DNA of 63,948 bases, filler included, from Candidatus Hydrogenedentota bacterium (lineage in GTDB: Bacteria; JBFMHD01): NCBI GenBank assembly GCA_040752395.1. It is 11 parts of 11 records of this genome, joined end to end, with 100 filler letters (N's around TTAATTAATTAA, not from the genome) between each part and the next. Parts side by side here need not be neighbours in the genome. Positions count along the whole stretch, not along the records: positions 58,322 to 61,332 come from JBFMHD010000281.1; positions 61,433 to 63,948 come from JBFMHD010000299.1; 9 more parts are not named here. One strand, given 5' to 3'. Below are positions 60,002 to 63,948 of the stretch, piece after piece. The translations under genes were made by a program, and so were the position numbers. Positions within the stretch are counted from its first letter, which is position 1, and each line of letters opens with the position of its first letter. The notes beneath the pieces are model-generated. The model ran no database searches and had not been told where the DNA came from. It saw nothing but the letters and a program-made list of their open reading frames with translations.

Positions 60002-60855
60002 CGGATAATGTACCCTATAATTACAGTTATAGAGATTGTAAGGTATAGATAAATACTTGAATTTATTGTCGACTTGTATATTTGGGGATCCTCATAATTT
60101 TTATAGATCAAAGATAAACTTCTGATTTGCCAGGGTACAAGAAAAAATACAACTCCTACAAGTAAAGGCAATATCTTTAAAATCAATCCTGTTACTATAA
60201 AAATTAATATCAATGTAAAAACACAAAATGTAACATGTATCGATCTTAGTTGACCAAGTCTTACTACAAGATTTTTTTTCCCTACTAATCTATCTTGATA
60301 ATAATCAGGTATCTCGTTAAGTATAGCTAAAGCAAATAAAACTAATCCACAGATAAAAGAGACAAATAAAGGGATATATCCGATCCTTTTTGTCTGTAAA
60401 TAATAGCTTCCTAATACCATAAAAGGACCGTAAGAAAGAGAAATAACCAGTTCTCCAAAACCACGATATGCCCATCTAATCGGAGGCCCAACATAAAAAT
60501 AAGCAGCTAAAAATCCTATAATAGAAAAGAAAATTATACCAGATCCTACTCTGATAGTAAGAAAAACTCCTATTATAAAAGCTAATATAAAAACTAATAA
60601 TCCTGCTAAAAAAAGGAGTGGATTCACACTCGGTTTTACTTGAATAAATATCCTATCCCCTCCTTCAAAACTATCAAAATATTCATTAAATAACTCTACA
60701 CCTATAAGAACAAGAAAGATGCCTAAAAACCCAAGATAAAAATATTGAATATTCAATGATTTTTGAGACGAGTAGGCGATAGACTGTCCTATGAGATAAG
60801 GAAAGATTCCTGCAAAGAGAAAGAATCTGTATCTTATTTTTTTTAATATAAGTAG
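59998..60855 (-). CDS. UbiA/MenA family prenyltransferase (start uncertain)
   Basis: NEYFD, Y.GPP..AYRGFGE, NEIPD..QDR..GKKNL; the frame stays open upstream of 60756 (KIRYRFFLFAGIFPY) without an ATG. Confidence 0.8.
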   Translation of the reverse strand, partial: LLILKKIRYRFFLFAGIFPYLIGQSIAYSSQKSLNIQYFYLGFLGIFLVLIGVELFNEYFDSFEGGDRIFIQVKPSVNPLLFLAGLLVFILAFIIGVFLTIRVGSGIIFFSIIGFLAAYFYVGPPIRWAYRGFGELVISLSYGPFMVLGSYYLQTKRIGYIPLFVSFICGLVLFALAILNEIPDYYQDRLVGKKNLVVRLGQLRSIHVTFCVFTLILIFIVTGLILKILPLLVGVVFFLVPWQIRSLSLIYKNYEDPQIYKSTINSSIYLYLTISITVIIGYIIR

Positions 60856-60859
60856 CAGT

Positions 60860-61332
60860 TTAATACAATTCTCTCCATCTATTTGATTCTCCTAATAATC
60901 TAGGATCATCAACAGCCTTTTTAACGAAATCCTGAACAACAGGTAAGAACCACGCTTTCTTATAGTTTTCCCAGAGTTGAGATAAACTAAATCTTCTCAA
61001 TTCGCCACATACAAAAGGTAGCGGCCCAATGAGTTTAACCTTTCCATTAGGAATAACTAATAAACTTGCGGCCGGGTATCGGCTGCGATATTTCAGTTCT
61101 TCGATAACATCATAGGGATAGTAATAAATTCTCATCTTCCCCTGATATTGATCAACCTTTTTAGTAAGAACCTCAAAAAAAGTTTCATAATCTTTTTCAG
61201 ATGGAGCTAGGATGTCCCAATTTTGTGCTGCGCGGCCAACCCTCATAATCTTCCCTGTATAAACTCCATAGATACCTAAACTATAAGATAAATCAATCAG
61301 TTCACCGATCTCATGTATGTTAAATTTTGTAG
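60860..61332 (-). CDS. Radical SAM/SPASM-like protein, 3' part
   Basis: TKFNIHEI, MRVGRA, LVIPNGKV...FVCGELR..SL..LW; 5' end cut by the contig end. Confidence 0.6.
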
Positions 61333-61432
61333 NNNNNNNNNNNNNNNNNNNNNNNNNNNNNNNNNNNNNNNNNNNNTTAATTAATTAANNNNNNNNNNNN
61401 NNNNNNNNNNNNNNNNNNNNNNNNNNNNNNNN

Positions 61433-61540
61433 GATACCGAAGGGGACACACCCGTTCCCATTCCGAATACGGTCGTTAAGCCCTTCAGGGTCGATGGTAC
61501 TAATCTGTTACCAGATTGGGAGAGTAGAACGTTGCCGGGG
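61433..61540 (+). rRNA. rrf: 5S rRNA (5' end truncated)
   Basis: CACCCGTTCCCATTCCGAA.ACGG..GTTAAG, CGATGGTACT and GGGAGAGTAG....TGCCGG conserved motifs. Confidence 0.95.
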
Positions 61541-61629
61541 ATTTTTGTTTTTAAATCGGTTAATTCTAATTCTGGTGTAATTCTTGTAATTCTGGGACGG
61601 TTCTGGTTTTATTATGGATTTTGGCGTTC

Positions 61630-61815
61630 GGTTATTGACGTCACGGCCGAAAAATTTCTTGAATGCGGTATCCCGGATTACCGCTTTGCCAGAGTTCGAT
61701 GTCCAAAATGCCAATGTTCTTGCCAAAGTCCCTTATCGACACTTTTATCTTCACCGTGCCTGAATGTTTTCGAAAATATTTCAGAAAGAACCGGTATATT
61801 CGTACATACCTTGTG
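61630..61815 (+). mobile_element. IS91-family transposase remnant
   Basis: KFLECG...FARVRCPKC, then (after deletion and frameshift) VLAKVPYRHF and IFTVP..FR.YF. Confidence 0.7.
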
Positions 61816-62206
61816 ATGATGAACTGCCTTGATCTGCGCCTTGGTGATCTGAGTTCAAGGCAGCCTTGAACTCTTTTTTAATTTCACCTTGACTTTTTCC
61901 GCTGTTTTCCTATTCTTCGCTTGTTTTCCCTATTCTTCGCTTAACTATGTCAAATCAAATTGTCTATGAATTTTATGGCGTAAGTCTCGATACAGATTTG
62001 TCTAACACGCAAAACAATAGTAAATTATCAACAATTTTGCGTAAGACACTTATATTTTAAGAGACTCACGCCATAATTTATACATACATTTACAGATTTT
62101 CCCGCCATAATTGTGGCAGGGAAAAGAACGTTACACGCAATTTCGCCCTAAAGAAAAAACGAGAAATATGTTGACAAAAAGCACACAATGTGATATTATA
62201 TAATAA

Positions 62207-62491
62207 ATGAAACCTATATTATGGAATGATGATAAAAACAAGTCGCTAAAACAGGAGAGAGGTATAGGATTTGAGGATGTTATATATTATATTGAGAAAG
62301 AAATCGTAATCGATATAATAAAGCATCCCGATCCGAATAAGTGCAAGAACCAAAGGATTTATGTGATTAACATTAACGATTATATATATTTAGTGCTATT
62401 TGTCGAAAGTGATGAACTTATTTTTTTAAAGACTATAATCCCAAGCAGAAGGTTTACCAAATTATATTTAGGAGGAACTAAAGATGAGTAA
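62207..62491 (+). CDS. BrnT-like toxin (cassette 1)
   Basis: WNDDKNKSLKQERGIGFEDV...FLKTIIPSRR; TTGACA promoter upstream. Confidence 0.88.
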   Translation: MKPILWNDDKNKSLKQERGIGFEDVIYYIEKEIVIDIIKHPDPNKCKNQRIYVININDYIYLVLFVESDELIFLKTIIPSRRFTKLYLGGTKDE

Positions 62492-62768
62492 AAAATATAA
62501 GTTAGATAAAGAAGAAAAAGAAATTTTGCAGAGTGTAGAATCAGGGGAATGGGTTTCTATTCCAGATGTTAAGGGTGCTATAAAGAGATATGCGAATTAT
62601 GCACGAGATACGATTAAAAAAGACAAGAGAGTCAATATCAGGATTTCCAATAGAGATTTAGAGATGATACAGCGGAAGGCGATTGAAGAAGGAATACCTT
62701 ACCAGACATTGATTTCAAGTTTAATTCATAAGTATATTTCAGGAAGATTGGTTGAGGGAAGAATATAA
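62484..62768 (+). CDS. BrnA/CopG-like RHH antitoxin (cassette 1)
   Basis: KDKRVNIRIS.RDL..IQRKA.EEGIPYQTLISSLIHKY. Confidence 0.9.
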   Translation: MSKKYKLDKEEKEILQSVESGEWVSIPDVKGAIKRYANYARDTIKKDKRVNIRISNRDLEMIQRKAIEEGIPYQTLISSLIHKYISGRLVEGRI

Positions 62769-62784
62769 TGAAGGCCGAGATTGC

Positions 62785-62968
62785 GTGTAACTTCGGGCTG
62801 CCGCAGACTGTCCAATAATGCAAAATTATTGCATTTTGAAAAAACTAATTTCAATGTTGACAATCTCGCAATTTGTGAAAATTCGTTAAAAATCGAATTA
62901 TTGGACAGTCTGTCCACCGTCAATAACATTATGAATGGTGGCGGTGCGGCAAGCGTTGTTCGTTACGC
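62785..62968 (+). other. Integron attC-like site 1
   Basis: R'' GTGTAAC and R' GTTACGC; L arms GCTGCCGCA/TGCGGCAAGC with an extra base; internal 16-bp inverted repeat. Confidence 0.75.
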
Positions 62969-63050
62969 GTAACAGCGCCAAAATAAAAACGGAAAAAGGA
63001 CTTGACTTTGTATATACAATATACTACAATTAAGTCGGCGGTGATTATAA

Positions 63051-63365
63051 TTGAAACGGTTTATCTACAGTAAGATCGAATGGGATGATGATAACGTCTA
63101 TAAGAATGAAGCGAAGCACGGTGTTAAATATTATGAGATCGAGGAAGCCATTGAGAATAATCCTAAATGTATTATCCCACACAAGAAATATAATGACCGT
63201 TACTTGTTATTCGGCAGAAGTGACGCCGGTAGATATTTGTTTATAATCTATCAGGATAAGGGCGGTGGTATTATACGCCCTATACATGGTAAGGATATGG
63301 AAGATCATCATAAGGACTTTTTTCTGAGAAACAGGAGGTATTACGACCATGACAAAAAGAAATAG
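63051..63365 (+). CDS. BrnT-like toxin (cassette 2)
   Basis: EWDDDN..KN.AKHGV..EIEE, RYLLFGRS.AGRYLFIIY, IRPI. Confidence 0.88.
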   Translation: MKRFIYSKIEWDDDNVYKNEAKHGVKYYEIEEAIENNPKCIIPHKKYNDRYLLFGRSDAGRYLFIIYQDKGGGIIRPIHGKDMEDHHKDFFLRNRRYYDHDKKK

Positions 63366-63612
63366 GACTAATAAGGAAATTGACAAGGAATTAGAGACGG
63401 CTGATATTAATGATTTTGATACTACTAAAGCCGTTTTTATTAATGAACAATGGAATTTAGAGAAGACTTATCCACTTAATATTCGATTGAATAAAGGCAT
63501 ATTGGCAGAGGCAAAGGTTATCGCCAAAGAGAAAGGTATCCCCTATCAGACATTATTAAAGTTGTATATTGCTGATGGTATACGACACGACTTAAAAGCT
63601 TTGGCTGGATAA
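63349..63612 (+). CDS. BrnA/CopG-like antitoxin (cassette 2)
   Basis: LNIRL...AK.IAKEKGIPYQTLLK. Confidence 0.88.
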   Translation: MTKRNRTNKEIDKELETADINDFDTTKAVFINEQWNLEKTYPLNIRLNKGILAEAKVIAKEKGIPYQTLLKLYIADGIRHDLKALAG

Positions 63613-63627
63613 GTTTTGGCGCTGTTC

Positions 63628-63715
63628 GCGTAACTTAGCGCTACCGGTCAGCGCAGTCGCGCCGCCTGTGCCCTTTACGTTTGGTTCCGGGCACGGGAGA
63701 GCTTGGGCGTTAGCT
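63628..63715 (+). other. Integron attC-like site 2
   Basis: R'' GCGTAAC and R' GTTAGCT; internal stem CCTGTGCCC/GGGCACGGG. Confidence 0.75.
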
Positions 63716-63948
63716 GTCACTGGATTATATTATGAACGAAGCAGATAAAAACACAACTAAATCTCATTCACCTTGGGAATTTATTTTCTGGAATTATTGT
63801 TTTATTGGTTTAGGACATTTATTGGTCGGTAAGTATATTAACTATACTTTCGCACATTTTACCTTAAAAAAATAAAAAGCCGCCGTATAATATTGACTAC
63901 AATTAAATAATCAACACTATACGGAGGAAACCTCAATGTTTACTACAC

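Noticed and set aside
17825-61432. Recurring TTAATTAATTAA within N runs, and gene adjacency across them
   Set aside because: Artificial contig linkers. The small contigs are ordered by decreasing length, so neighbours across spacers are not biological.
61904-61943. Tandem duplication of about 20 bp (GTTTTCCCTATTCTTCGCTT-like)
   Set aside because: Two imperfect copies only, consistent with a local slippage event and not linked to other features.
62726-62972. ORFs 62781-62972 and 62726-62929
   Set aside because: They overlap the attC-like palindrome and are most likely spurious.

Overview
This window is not contiguous DNA. It is 11 assembly contigs joined by artificial N-TTAATTAATTAA-N spacers, mostly about 3 kb plus two of about 18 kb, from an AT-rich, diderm, probably flagellated anaerobic bacterium that looks like an uncultured MAG. 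Gene content is largely housekeeping: part of the spc ribosomal operon, gatCAB, dnaB, hisG, trpE, ackA, hbd, hypFCDE and a partial 5S rRNA. It also holds a maltose/glucan cluster, a debris-rich island with two HEPN-MNT pairs, IS remnants (IS256, IS701-like, IS91-like, an IS1634-like MITE) and an integron-like array of two BrnT/BrnA toxin-antitoxin cassettes with attC sites. The most striking feature is a family of about 25 non-coding mosaic intergenic elements. They are built from a shared kit of shuffled modules: inverted arrays of 7-8-nt tandem repeats, GTAG-type REP-like hairpins and TGAAAA/TTTTCA junctions. They sit at gene junctions, even inside the spc and gatCAB operons. One module (TGATATYAT...TTTTTCAGAGGAG) ends in the Shine-Dalgarno sequence of about 9-10 genes and carries a possible extended -10 promoter. 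Other modules contain stop codons or in-frame coding sequence. No enzyme that could mobilise them is visible in the window. A 3-kb contig bounded by a 121-bp duplication of the lpxI 3' end is also notable.
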